Source: Escherichia phage FFH2
Sequence record: KJ190158
Length of the DNA stretch: 64,000 bases
Strand: one strand, 5' to 3'
Part shown: positions 9,235 to 18,191 of the stretch, one piece after another
Layout of the letters: every line of letters starts with the position of its first letter
Position numbering within the stretch: the first letter of the stretch is position 1
Notes under the pieces: model-generated
What the model was told of the DNA's origin: nothing
Seen by the model: only the letters and a program-made list of their open reading frames with translations
Database searches by the model: none
Translations under genes and position numbers: made by a program

Positions 9235-10323
9235 ATGGCTGTATTTAATGCTGAGAACACCGCTCATAAAACTGGTGACTATCCGCTGTTTCTAGGACAG
9301 CAAATGGGTATGTACGACTCTATCAACAAAAAATATCCACAACTGTTTGAACTATACAAAAAACAAAAAGAACAAGACTGGGCAGAGGATGAAGTGGATT
9401 TGTCGCAATCTATTTCAGATTTTGTAACATGCTCCAAGTCAACTTATGATGTGATGGTGCAGACCTTGATGTGGCAATGGGAGGCTGATAGCGTTGCGGC
9501 AAGATCGATCATCTGCCTCTTTTCACCATTCATCACTAATAGTGAGCTTTTCACTCTATTGATGAAACAGTCAGAGATTGAAGTTCTTCACGCACTAACT
9601 TACTCAGAGATTGTTAGACAATGCCTCCCCAATGCCCGTGAGATTATAGAAGAGATTCAGGAAAACCAAAACGTTCTGAGCAGATCTGGCGTTATTGTCA
9701 AATACATGCAAGAGCTTGAGGTTATTGGTGCAAAATACCGACTGGATCCTTCTAGTGTTAAAGAAGATATTGTGCGGAAATGCATTCTTAGAGCGCTTTT
9801 TGCACTTTTAGCCCTGGAAAGTATTGAGTTTATTGCAAGTTTTGCATGCACTTTCGCAGTAGCTGAACAGGGTATTTTTGTTCAGGTGGCGCAGCTTGTT
9901 CAAAAAATCATGCTTGACGAAATGCTACACTCGAAAGGTGATTTTGCCATCATTGATATCCTGCTTAATGATCCGGCATGGGAGAAAAGCTTCCTTGAGA
10001 TAAAAGGGGAGTTAAAAGAGATTCTTGATGAAGTACGAACCAAAGAGTACGGTTGGAGTGACTATATTTTCAGCGAAGGAAGAGCGATTATAGGTCTTAA
10101 CTCACCGTTGCTTAAAGAATGGGTTGACTATAACTGCTCACCAATTTATGATTACTATGGCATCGACAAAGACTTTGTGCCGCCAACAAAGGACCCTCTA
10201 CCGTTTATGCAGGTGTGGATGAAACCTTCATTGCAACAGACGGCGAACCAAGAAATGTCGAACACTGACTACCGCGTCAACACAACTGTTAACGACGCTG
10301 AAGAAGAAATTTGGGAGTTTTAA
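9235..10323 (+). CDS. nrdB: Class Ia ribonucleotide reductase small subunit
   Basis: Ferritin-like R2 with E-x-x-H iron-ligand motifs (EIEVLHALTYSE, LDEMLHSKGD). The acidic-aromatic C terminus EEEIWEF is typical of the R1-docking tail. Adjacent to nrdA. Confidence 0.9.
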   Translation: MAVFNAENTAHKTGDYPLFLGQQMGMYDSINKKYPQLFELYKKQKEQDWAEDEVDLSQSISDFVTCSKSTYDVMVQTLMWQWEADSVAARSIICLFSPFITNSELFTLLMKQSEIEVLHALTYSEIVRQCLPNAREIIEEIQENQNVLSRSGVIVKYMQELEVIGAKYRLDPSSVKEDIVRKCILRALFALLALESIEFIASFACTFAVAEQGIFVQVAQLVQKIMLDEMLHSKGDFAIIDILLNDPAWEKSFLEIKGELKEILDEVRTKEYGWSDYIFSEGRAIIGLNSPLLKEWVDYNCSPIYDYYGIDKDFVPPTKDPLPFMQVWMKPSLQQTANQEMSNTDYRVNTTVNDAEEEIWEF

Positions 10324-10326
10324 TAT

Positions 10327-10605
10327 ATGAGCTGTGAAAAATCTTTTTTCTTTATTATTTACGGTAAAGATAACTGCCCACATTGTGTAAGAGCAAAAGA
10401 ATTTGCAGTCAGTAAGGGTCTGCCTTTTGTATATAAGACACTTGGCGAGGGTTACACAAAAGAAGAGCTTATTGAGAAGTGCAGTCCAATCGTACCCAGA
10501 ACGTTGCCGCAGATCTTCTTAGAAAGTAATCTTGAAAGTGTCCATATAGGCGGTGCCGACGATTTCATCTCTTTTGTTAAAAATGGTTTTGGAGAGAAAA
10601 AGTGA
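10327..10605 (+). CDS. Glutaredoxin/NrdC-like redoxin
   Basis: YGKDNCPHCVRAKEF has a CPHC active site. TLPQIF...IGG is the glutaredoxin-fold cis-Pro and GG region. The gene sits between nrdB and nrdD. Confidence 0.8.
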   Translation: MSCEKSFFFIIYGKDNCPHCVRAKEFAVSKGLPFVYKTLGEGYTKEELIEKCSPIVPRTLPQIFLESNLESVHIGGADDFISFVKNGFGEKK

Positions 10606-11462
10606 AAGTTGTAAAACGGGACGGTAGAGAAGAGTTCTATAACGGAATTAAGGTGATCAAGGCGGCAGAGTCCGCCTTACTTGAGTCTGGACATACTGAA
10701 GAAGAAGCTTACCGGATCGCCTGCGCGGTTAATGAAGTTGTTGCTAACAATCTACCAACCGACCAGTGCACGATCTCTGTAAAAAATATCCATATCCTTG
10801 TTGAAGACGCTCTTATGGATATGGGTTTAAAATGTGCAGCCAGAGAATACATCCAGTATAGGCAGACAAGAGATAATAACAGAGAGGCAGGTGGAAAACT
10901 GCTTGCAGATATTAGTGGCTTCTTGGATCGCACTTGTGATGAATTTACAAAAGAAAACGCAAATAAGCCTACCAATCATGTACACACTCATCGTGACCTG
11001 CTTGCAGGCATCCTTAGCAAACACCTTGCATCAACACAGATCCTGACAGACCGTGTCTCAGAAGAGCACAATAAAGGCTTCATCCATGTGCATGATCTTG
11101 ACTACTTGATCAGTCCGTTAACAAACTGTTGTTTGGTAAATTATCCAGATATGTTGGAAAACGGATTCAACATTGGTAACGCCCATGTCAGTAAGCCGAA
11201 GTCAATAGGGGTTGCAACAACAATCCTTAGCCAAATCTCTAGTGCAGTAGCTAGTGCTCAATATGGAGGTCAGACTATGAGCCATATTGATCATTATCTG
11301 GCACAGTATGCTGAAGCGACCTATGAGAAGAACCTTAAATTTTGCCAGGAACATTGGTTGCCAGATGCTGAGACTGTTGCAATGCAAATGACAGATAAAG
11401 ACGTATTTGACAGCATGCAGACTTTGCTCTATCAAATCAATACGTTAACCTCTGTCAACGGT
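10602..11462 (+). CDS. nrdD: Anaerobic ribonucleoside-triphosphate reductase, exon 1
   Basis: ATP cone (KVVKRDGREEFYN) and colinearity with E. coli NrdD up to ...YQINTLTSVNG (E. coli ...YEVNTLHTANG). The frame hits a stop immediately after the proposed 5' splice site. Confidence 0.9.
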
Positions 11463-12260
11463 TAACAAACTGGCCGTTGTAAAACTCTCCTAACCTCATA
11501 AGAGGGGTCGGTAAATCCGGCTAACGGGGAACGCTAAGGCGAAAGCTATGCCAATCCCGTGACTAGTTCTTACAGGAGTTGGAACGGTTGTAACGACTAA
11601 CGAAAGGCAGAGATGCTTGACAAACATTTCTGAACCAAGTAGTGTAGAGGTTAGTTGAAATACTAACTTCGAAATGGAGAGGCTCTATGAAAAAGATCAT
11701 TCTTAATGGTGAAGAATCAAACTATGTGATTGATGAGGTTGGAAACGTATACGGAAAACGTGGAATGCTACACCCAATATTGTGGGGAGGTTATGGAAAA
11801 GGTAACAAGCATGTTAAACGCCGTTATATGTACTCTTTCAACCACAAAGGTAAAAAGATTCGAATCCAAACCTCAAGGATTGTTGCCTTGTATTGTTTGC
11901 CAGATGTCCCAGAAGACCCTGAAAACTGGGAAGTGAATCATAAAGACGGCAATACATTGAATGATCATCCGTCTAACCTAGAGTGGGTTTTGCCGGAAGA
12001 TAATAAGAGACATGCTTTCCGAACAGGGCTTTGCCCAGGCAAGTGCTATAGGAAAGTGCAGGCATACAAAGGGAAAACCTTGGTGGGTGAATATCCTTCA
12101 CTCTATGCCTGTGCAAAAGCCTTAAATTTGAACGTAGGTAACGTTCATAGGGCTATCGAAGGAAATGCCGAAGGTAAGCATCTCACAATAAAGGGTTATT
12201 ATCTTATTGAAGTAGAGTAAGAGATAGTCTGGCCCTGTGGAAACACAGGGGAGGAGACAG
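11463..12260 (+). mobile_element. Group I intron in nrdD carrying an HNH homing-endonuclease ORF
   Basis: The exon end CAACGGU can pair with the intron GCCGUUG (11475-11481) to form P1 with a U.G wobble at the splice site. The intron ends in G (12260). P7 candidates are GACUA (about 11565) and UAGUC (12225-12229). Joining 11462 to 12261 gives NTLTSVNG|QTPFITLSLGLDTS, matching E. coli NTLHTANGQTPFVTFGFGLGTS without a gap. Confidence 0.85.
11687..12220 (+). CDS. HNH homing endonuclease (intron-encoded)
   Basis: VNHKDGNTLNDHPSNLEWV is an HNH motif. A C-terminal NUMOD1-like HTH is present (YPSLYACAKALNLNVGNVHRAI). The ORF lies entirely inside the nrdD intron. Confidence 0.85.
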   Translation: MKKIILNGEESNYVIDEVGNVYGKRGMLHPILWGGYGKGNKHVKRRYMYSFNHKGKKIRIQTSRIVALYCLPDVPEDPENWEVNHKDGNTLNDHPSNLEWVLPEDNKRHAFRTGLCPGKCYRKVQAYKGKTLVGEYPSLYACAKALNLNVGNVHRAIEGNAEGKHLTIKGYYLIEVE

Positions 12261-13523
12261 CAGACTCCATTCATCACATTAAGTTTAGGACTGGATACCT
12301 CGGTCTTTGGTAGAATGATTACCAAAAATTACTTGAAAGTCCACAAAATGGGTCTTGGTGAAGAACGTATCACACCTGTGTTCCCTAAAGTGCTGTTCTT
12401 CCTAGAAGAGGGTGTCAACATGAACCCTGGAGATCCTAACTATGATTTGAAAAGATTGGCTCTGGAATGCTCTGCAGAGCGGATTTATCCTGACTTTGTT
12501 TCTGTTCCACTAAATCGTAAAGTGACAGGCTCGACAGATGGTAAAGTAACGAGCATGGGTTGCCGGAGTTTTCTTAGCAAATACAATGACTTGGAAACAG
12601 GCGAGGAGAAATACCTTGGCAGATTTAACTTAGGCGTTGTTAGCCTTAACCTGCCAATGATTGCGGCAAAAGCTAAAACGGAAGGTGTTGATTTCTTTGC
12701 AGTTCTTGACGAATACTTGGATCTTGCATACGAGGCTCACCTTGTAAGGGTTAACCGTCTAAAAGGAACAAAGGCAGGGCAGAACCCTATCATGTGGTGT
12801 GAAGGCGCTCTTGCTCGCCTGGATCCTGAAGAGAGTATTGATAAACTCTTCTATGACGGGTACGCTTCCATCAGTATTGGGTATATTGGTGTGTATGAAA
12901 CCTGTCAGATTTTGGGCAGAGAGGGTGACAAGGCTTTAGCTCTTGGAATCCTTCAGCACATGAAAGATGCTTGTGAGCGATATAAGAAGGAAAGTGGACT
13001 AGCATTTAGCTTGTACGGCACCCCTTCTGAGAGTTTATGCTATAAAGCTGCAACCTGTCTGGATCGTGAATATCCAGAAGTGTTGAAGCACGAGCATGAA
13101 TACCTCACCAACAGTTTCCATCAGCCAGTATGGATCAATAGTTCACCTTTTGATAAGTGGAAGTATGAAGAAGGTTTTGCTATGATCTCTTCTGGTGGCA
13201 ACATTGGATATATAGAGACACCTAACCTGAAAAACAACCTGGATGCTTTAGAGGCTCTTGTTGACTTCGGGTATAAACACATTATGTATTTTGGTATTAA
13301 CCAACCTGTGGATAAATGTCTCAAGTGTGGTTTCTCTGGTGAGTTCAGTGCAACAGCTAAAGGCTTTGTATGCCCAGAGTGTGGAAACCATGAAGAGGGA
13401 ACGATCAGTGTAATTCGACGTGTGTCCGGATACCTTTCCAGTCCTAACTCCCGTCCTTACAATAAAGGTAAGCAAGCGGAAGTTATCGAGCGAGTTAAGC
13501 ACTATGGAAGTTGTAGTTGCTGA
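12261..13523 (+). CDS. nrdD: Anaerobic ribonucleoside-triphosphate reductase, exon 2
   Basis: Colinear with the E. coli NrdD C-terminal half. It has a Zn ribbon (CLKCGFSGEF...CPECGN) and the glycyl-radical motif RRVSGYLS. Confidence 0.9.
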   Translation, partial: QTPFITLSLGLDTSVFGRMITKNYLKVHKMGLGEERITPVFPKVLFFLEEGVNMNPGDPNYDLKRLALECSAERIYPDFVSVPLNRKVTGSTDGKVTSMGCRSFLSKYNDLETGEEKYLGRFNLGVVSLNLPMIAAKAKTEGVDFFAVLDEYLDLAYEAHLVRVNRLKGTKAGQNPIMWCEGALARLDPEESIDKLFYDGYASISIGYIGVYETCQILGREGDKALALGILQHMKDACERYKKESGLAFSLYGTPSESLCYKAATCLDREYPEVLKHEHEYLTNSFHQPVWINSSPFDKWKYEEGFAMISSGGNIGYIETPNLKNNLDALEALVDFGYKHIMYFGINQPVDKCLKCGFSGEFSATAKGFVCPECGNHEEGTISVIRRVSGYLSSPNSRPYNKGKQAEVIERVKHYGSCSC

Positions 13524-13526
13524 TAC

Positions 13527-13556
13527 TTGACAAAAGCTACAAGGATGTGGCATATT
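13527..13556 (+). promoter_or_regulatory. sigma70-like promoter
   Basis: TTGACA-18 nt-CATATT immediately after the nrdD stop. Confidence 0.45.
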
Positions 13557-13586
13557 ATTGACACACAGTGAGCTAGGAGGTACAGT

Positions 13587-13703
13587 ATGTCTACAGGTAT
13601 TTATAAAATTTGCAAGTGTGGTTGTCGTTGCAATCTTCGTTGGTGCAAGGCACTGGACGATTTTATTTGGCATTGCCCTAAATGTGATGCGGAGTATCTA
13701 TGA
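13587..13703 (+). CDS. Cys-rich mini-protein (38 aa), zinc-ribbon-like
   Basis: MSTGIYKICKCGCRCNLRWCKALDDFIWHCPKCDAEYL. It has a strong SD (TAGGAGG) 7 nt upstream and is below the ORF-track cutoff. Its stop overlaps the nrdG start (ATGA). Confidence 0.5.
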   Translation: MSTGIYKICKCGCRCNLRWCKALDDFIWHCPKCDAEYL

Positions 13704-14173
13704 ACATTGCCGGATACACAGAAATATCTTACACCGAAGGACCAGGTATTAGAACTGCCTTATGGGTATCTGGGTGCCCACACGCTTGCCCTGGTTGCTT
13801 TAATCAGGCATTTTGGTCAAAAGATAAGGGGAGAGAGTTTACTGAAGAAGATTTGCAAAAAATCTTGTCAGATTTAGATAACCCGTCTGTGTGCGGTATC
13901 TCTCTGCTGGGTGGAGAACCATTAGCATACTATAATGAGCCAGATATTATTAGCCTGATGGAGAAAATTAAGGAAAAATTTGGTGACAAGAAAACTATTC
14001 TTGTATATACTGGGTTCACATTTGACCATATCTCTAGTGATGTTCTTAAACTGGCTGATATCATCATTGACGGTAAGTATGTAAAAGATTTACCAACCAA
14101 GAAACCGTTCCGAGGTAGCGATAACCAAAGAATGTTTAAAAAAGTAGCAGGCGGTTGGGTTCAGGTAGACTAG
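13700..14173 (+). CDS. nrdG: Anaerobic RNR activating enzyme (radical SAM)
   Basis: SGCPHACPGCFNQ is a CxxxCxxC cluster, and the protein is colinear with E. coli NrdG (GISLLGGEPL, IIIDGKYV, RGSDNQR). Confidence 0.9.
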   Translation: MNIAGYTEISYTEGPGIRTALWVSGCPHACPGCFNQAFWSKDKGREFTEEDLQKILSDLDNPSVCGISLLGGEPLAYYNEPDIISLMEKIKEKFGDKKTILVYTGFTFDHISSDVLKLADIIIDGKYVKDLPTKKPFRGSDNQRMFKKVAGGWVQVD

Positions 14174-14176
14174 TTG

Positions 14177-14206
14177 TTGACAAAGCTTTGTTTAGATAGG
14201 TATAAT
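14177..14206 (+). promoter_or_regulatory. sigma70-type promoter
   Basis: TTGACA-18 nt-TATAAT. Confidence 0.65.
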
Positions 14207-14237
14207 TATCGTAAAATGAAAGAAGAGGGGGTGCCAA

Positions 14238-14351
14238 ATGGCTAAAAAAGCCTTGAAGAAGGCGTACAAAAAAGAGATTGCGCTTGAGCTTAAGAAAAAA
14301 CACAAGCGTGAAAAGAAATATCATGAGGATGAAGAGGGGGTGCAACAGTGA
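14238..14351 (+). CDS. small highly basic protein (37 aa)
   Basis: MAKKALKKAYKKEIALELKKKHKREKKYHEDEEGVQQ with an AGAGGGGG SD. Below the ORF-track cutoff. Overlaps the next start. Confidence 0.4.
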   Translation: MAKKALKKAYKKEIALELKKKHKREKKYHEDEEGVQQ

Positions 14352-14698
14352 CACAAGAACGTATCGATTTGGCTAATAAGTTTGTAGATCTCATTTTGCC
14401 ACGGTTAGTTACTCAACATGCAGATGCTATTTCTACTAATCTTGATGGCTTACGTCTAATGCTGAATCGCACAGATGACCCTCGTATTCGGGCTGATTTA
14501 GAAGCCTCTGCCAACAAACTGGAAAAGTTCTTGCAAGTGGACACGCAAGAAGCCTTGCACAAGATCATGGTGGAAGGTTTCTCTAAAGAATTTACCGTTA
14601 AAGAGCTTAAGGAGCTGATCCACCAAGAAGAGATGAATATCCGAGTTCAGGCTGTTGCAAGCAGCATGGAAGCGGCTATTGAAAAACTGTTGCAGTAA
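14348..14698 (+). CDS. hypothetical protein
   Basis: 116-aa ORF with a GTG start preceded by the same GAAGAGGGGGTGC box as the upstream mini-ORF. Confidence 0.55.
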   Translation: MTQERIDLANKFVDLILPRLVTQHADAISTNLDGLRLMLNRTDDPRIRADLEASANKLEKFLQVDTQEALHKIMVEGFSKEFTVKELKELIHQEEMNIRVQAVASSMEAAIEKLLQ

Positions 14699-14736
14699 AA
14701 GTACTTGGCACATCTCAATCTGAAAGGAGTCCCAAC

Positions 14737-15525
14737 ATGGGTCGAGCTAAAGAAACAAAACGCATGCGTGATGAAGCTAGAGAGGCTCGCAAATCTGATC
14801 GCCTGCGTAAGGCTGCTGAGAAATTTGCTGACGAAAGAGAGCACACTGCTCCAGCTCTCCGACCAATGAATAAGAAGCAGCAAAAGTATCTTGATTATCT
14901 AGGGTCACGTAAGATTATTATTGTAAACGGTGTGTTTGGATCCGGTAAGACGTTCATGGCATCTGCATATGCAGGTGATCTTCTGCGTAAGAACGAGATT
15001 GATAAGATCATTGTTGCACGTCCTTACGTTCAGACAGGAAAGACTTCAGGATTTAAACCTGGAAATGCAATGCAGAAACTGTGGCCCTATCTTCGAAGCA
15101 TGATGGACACGATTTGTCGTCGTGTTGGCAAAGGTGCTTTTGCCGCAATGCTGGGAGACGGTCAGAACAGCCGTATCGAGATTTGTGAGGTTGAAAGCAT
15201 TCGTGGTCGTAGTTTCGATGAGCGATGCTTTGTCCTGATTGACGAGGCACAGCAAACTAACCCTGAAGAAATGTTGTCAATTATCACAAGGATCTCTGAT
15301 CAGGCCACCCTTGTAATTATGGGCGATAATAGCCAACGTGACATCCCTGGTAAATCTGGCCTTGCATGGGTGACGGATTTCTTTACTCGTCATCCAGATC
15401 CTGAGGTTGGAATGATCAGCTTTGATAGTCCAGACGATGTTGTTCGTTCCGGGTTGGGTCGTCAGATTGCACTCAATCTTATTGAGGATCGTGCAAATCA
15501 TATTTGGACCCCTGTTTCCGAGTAA
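14737..15525 (+). CDS. phoH: PhoH-like ATPase
   Basis: Walker A (VNGVFGSGKTFMA), Walker B (FVLIDEAQQT) and IMGDNSQRDIP, typical of the PhoH family. Confidence 0.9.
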   Translation: MGRAKETKRMRDEAREARKSDRLRKAAEKFADEREHTAPALRPMNKKQQKYLDYLGSRKIIIVNGVFGSGKTFMASAYAGDLLRKNEIDKIIVARPYVQTGKTSGFKPGNAMQKLWPYLRSMMDTICRRVGKGAFAAMLGDGQNSRIEICEVESIRGRSFDERCFVLIDEAQQTNPEEMLSIITRISDQATLVIMGDNSQRDIPGKSGLAWVTDFFTRHPDPEVGMISFDSPDDVVRSGLGRQIALNLIEDRANHIWTPVSE

Positions 15526-15569
15526 TACAGAAGGGTGGTTATTCCACCCTTAGATATCTAAAACAGCTG

Positions 15570-15598
15570 TTGACAAACAGGTAAGATTTAGATATTAT
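15570..15598 (+). promoter_or_regulatory. sigma70-type promoter
   Basis: TTGACA-17 nt-TATTAT. An AGGGTGG...CCACCCT hairpin precedes it, after phoH. Confidence 0.6.
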
Positions 15599-15628
15599 TA
15601 CCGGACAAGACAAGGAGAAGGAGATAGT

Positions 15629-15940
15629 ATGGCTACAATACAAGAGAGGCTGAATAAAATATACTGCCTGTTTGTCTATAACGGCGAGACAATTTTGGCA
15701 TATAAAGGATCCAAGAATGTATGGATCAAGGACAGTGGTGGTAATATAATCAACTTAGCGTTGCTACGTGAGCGCCGACACAGATTCTTTATCGAGTCTC
15801 GGATTATTGAAAGCAACACCTGCTACAGAACAGGCGATAAAGTGATTGTTGACAATGATACGTGGTATGTGGTAGACTGGCAATCATTGAGCTGTGATGC
15901 TTCTGACAATCGTAAGTATTCCCTAGTGATTGCTAAATAA
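15629..15940 (+). CDS. hypothetical protein
   Basis: 103-aa ORF with an AAGGAGAAGGAG SD. Confidence 0.6.
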   Translation: MATIQERLNKIYCLFVYNGETILAYKGSKNVWIKDSGGNIINLALLRERRHRFFIESRIIESNTCYRTGDKVIVDNDTWYVVDWQSLSCDASDNRKYSLVIAK

Positions 15941-16000
15941 AGGTAAATGTGAATCAGGTTTAAATAAATAGCTTTCAACTTCCAATATTAAGGATTTCTC

Positions 16001-17050
16001 ATGAATTTAACACCTCGCAGCACCATGGTACACGGCATGAAAGAAAAACAGAACGGTTTCGAACCTATGAGTAATAAAATGTTTGGTATGCCGGGTGGTA
16101 TTATGGAAACATACAGCTACCCAACACCTGTTGTTGACCACGTTCTTTATATCGACGATTTGGAAGACTTACAAGATCATATGTCTCGTCTGCAGACGAT
16201 CCGTATGGCTCAGCCGGAAGAAAGCATTCGGGTGATCATCAATAGCCCTGGGGGTTGCGTGCACATTGCAATGGCTTATCTGCAGGCATTCCGCGAGTCT
16301 CAGGCAAGCGTTGTTGCACATGCCGAAGGGATGTGTTGCTCTGCTGGAACAATCTTATGGCTTGGTTGCAAAGAACGTACTGTGGCTCCGGACACAGAAT
16401 TTATGTTCCACTACTATCAAGGTGGCACTTATGGTAACGGTGTGAACATGAATACTCAGGTCAGCTACTGGAAAAAACGTTTTGAACGCCTGATCGAAAA
16501 ATACTACGGTGGGGTGCTGACAGAAGATGAGATCGCATCCATCACAGCTGGTGGCGAAGTGTGGTTGGACGGAGAAGAGCTGGCAGCACGCACTGGAGCT
16601 ATTATTCTGGATGAAGGCAACATACAACGCATCCAGAACGGACAAAAACCGAAAAAGCTTCTGGCAAAAGGTGATGAGGAAGGCGTGTTAGGTGAAGCAG
16701 GTCTTCCGGAGATTCACCAGTGCACATCTTTAGATGAGTTAGTTCATGCTGTTGAATCTGCAAAAGCGGGCGGTTCGAAAGGTGATGTTCACACCGTGTT
16801 CCTGAACCTGCAGATGGAAAGTGGCGAGACCGTCAGAATTGCCCTGGGTGAAATTACTTCAGAAGATCTGCAGAGATTCTCTGTCGTTGAACTTCAGGAT
16901 ATTCTGTCTCAATTGAAGACTACTCTGAACGGCGGTGAAGAGGTTAAGGTGAAAGATAAGACTCGCAAGCGTCTGGTGGATAATATTATTAAAACAGCAA
17001 AAGAGCTCAATGAAAAAATCCTGGGTGCAGGAATTGTCGAAGAAGTTTAA
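16001..17050 (+). CDS. ClpP-family (S14) serine protease with a ~140-aa C-terminal extension
   Basis: VIINSPGGCV, GMCCSAGTILW (catalytic Ser context) and FMFHYYQGG (His) follow the ClpP order. The acidic, Lys-rich C-terminal region has no ClpP counterpart. Confidence 0.75.
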   Translation: MNLTPRSTMVHGMKEKQNGFEPMSNKMFGMPGGIMETYSYPTPVVDHVLYIDDLEDLQDHMSRLQTIRMAQPEESIRVIINSPGGCVHIAMAYLQAFRESQASVVAHAEGMCCSAGTILWLGCKERTVAPDTEFMFHYYQGGTYGNGVNMNTQVSYWKKRFERLIEKYYGGVLTEDEIASITAGGEVWLDGEELAARTGAIILDEGNIQRIQNGQKPKKLLAKGDEEGVLGEAGLPEIHQCTSLDELVHAVESAKAGGSKGDVHTVFLNLQMESGETVRIALGEITSEDLQRFSVVELQDILSQLKTTLNGGEEVKVKDKTRKRLVDNIIKTAKELNEKILGAGIVEEV

Positions 17051-17063
17051 ACATTAATTCTAA

Positions 17064-17086
17064 AGCCCTCTTCGGAGGGCTTTTAT
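17064..17086 (+). terminator. rho-independent terminator
   Basis: AGCCCTC-ttcg-GAGGGCT followed by TTT. Confidence 0.7.
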
Positions 17087-17101
17087 GATCTGGAGATTTG
17101 C

Positions 17102-17635
17102 ATGACTTGTGCTAGAAAACCTGATGAACAACGTAACGCCTACGATGAGTATGTGACACCGGAGTGGTGTGCAGAAGGGCTGTATGACCTTATTCCGTTC
17201 CCAGAAGACTGGACCTACTTAGAGCCTTGCAGGAATAGTGCCTCAGGTGTGTTCTACTCCCGTATGCCGTTAGGATCTGCATGGGGAGAAATCCAAGAAG
17301 GTGTTGACTATCTGAATACAGAATACAACCATGTTGACTGTATTATCACCAACCCACCATACAGCTTGGCTCGTGAGTTTGTAGACAAGGCGTTGAAAGA
17401 TGCTGACGTAGTTATTATGCTTTTACGTCTTAATTTTCTGGAAAGCAAAGCCAGATTTGAATGGTGGCTTGATAATGCACCTACCACTGTGATCACAATA
17501 TCTAAGCGTCCATCATTTCAATCAAATGGTAGAACTGACGGGCAAGCATATGCATATTTTGTATGGGACAAGAAAAACCGTCTAGACTTGCCGCCATTTA
17601 TGTGGTTGGCACCACCAGAGGCAGATTTGAAATGA
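17102..17635 (+). CDS. DNA N6-adenine methyltransferase (small, NPPY type)
   Basis: IITNPPYSLAREF is motif IV (NPPY). An upstream DEYVTPEW and LEPCRNSASGVF resemble the SAM pocket. Confidence 0.75.
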   Translation: MTCARKPDEQRNAYDEYVTPEWCAEGLYDLIPFPEDWTYLEPCRNSASGVFYSRMPLGSAWGEIQEGVDYLNTEYNHVDCIITNPPYSLAREFVDKALKDADVVIMLLRLNFLESKARFEWWLDNAPTTVITISKRPSFQSNGRTDGQAYAYFVWDKKNRLDLPPFMWLAPPEADLK

Positions 17636-17916
17636 AAATGAGTGCTAAGGACAAGTTGCACCAGTTAGCGCTAAAACGTCCTGTAACGCTCCCTGACGAG
17701 CTTAACTCCATTTATGATGCGATTGTAGGGGAGATACAAAATAAAGCGTTAGCAGGCTTTCTGGGATGCGGATTTTCGATAAATCTACCCTCGCATCTCT
17801 CAGATTACTTCCCGCACATTGTTGGGGATTTGAGGGCAGGAGGTCTGCAGGTGGATGTTGTTGGCATCTCTCCGGAGAAAAATAACACAGTTGCCTACTT
17901 GACAGTGACCTGGTAG
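17632..17916 (+). CDS. hypothetical protein
   Basis: The start is set at ATG 17632, overlapping the methyltransferase stop (ATGA). The longer ORF from 17563 would overlap the methyltransferase by 70 nt. Confidence 0.5.
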   Translation: MKMSAKDKLHQLALKRPVTLPDELNSIYDAIVGEIQNKALAGFLGCGFSINLPSHLSDYFPHIVGDLRAGGLQVDVVGISPEKNNTVAYLTVTW

Positions 17917-17951
17917 TAGTGTATTTTGTTTTCAACAAGAGGGGGTCATTT

Positions 17952-18191
17952 ATGTACAAGTCATTCTCAATCTACTCAAGACAGGCGAAACACTACACAG
18001 AGATCCTGATCACTCAGAAAAAGTCTGTAGAAGGTGAGTGGGAGTATCACCATAAAATGTTGCGTCCAGATTGGGTTTTTGATAGACTTATTGCTATGAT
18101 CCCTCTTGGAGAAGTATACCCTCTGACAGGTCATAGGGATGCTTGGGATTTAATTGATTACATAGATTCATTTAAGGAGCCCAGTGTATGA
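17952..18191 (+). CDS. hypothetical protein
   Basis: ATG 17952 is preceded by AAGAGGGGG. Confidence 0.5.
   Translation: MYKSFSIYSRQAKHYTEILITQKKSVEGEWEYHHKMLRPDWVFDRLIAMIPLGEVYPLTGHRDAWDLIDYIDSFKEPSV

Noticed and set aside
10602-13523. Reading nrdD as a pseudogene or as two separately encoded subunits.
   Set aside because: The break coincides exactly with canonical group I intron boundaries (U before, G at the end, a P1 helix). The spliced frame is colinear with E. coli NrdD without gain or loss of residues.
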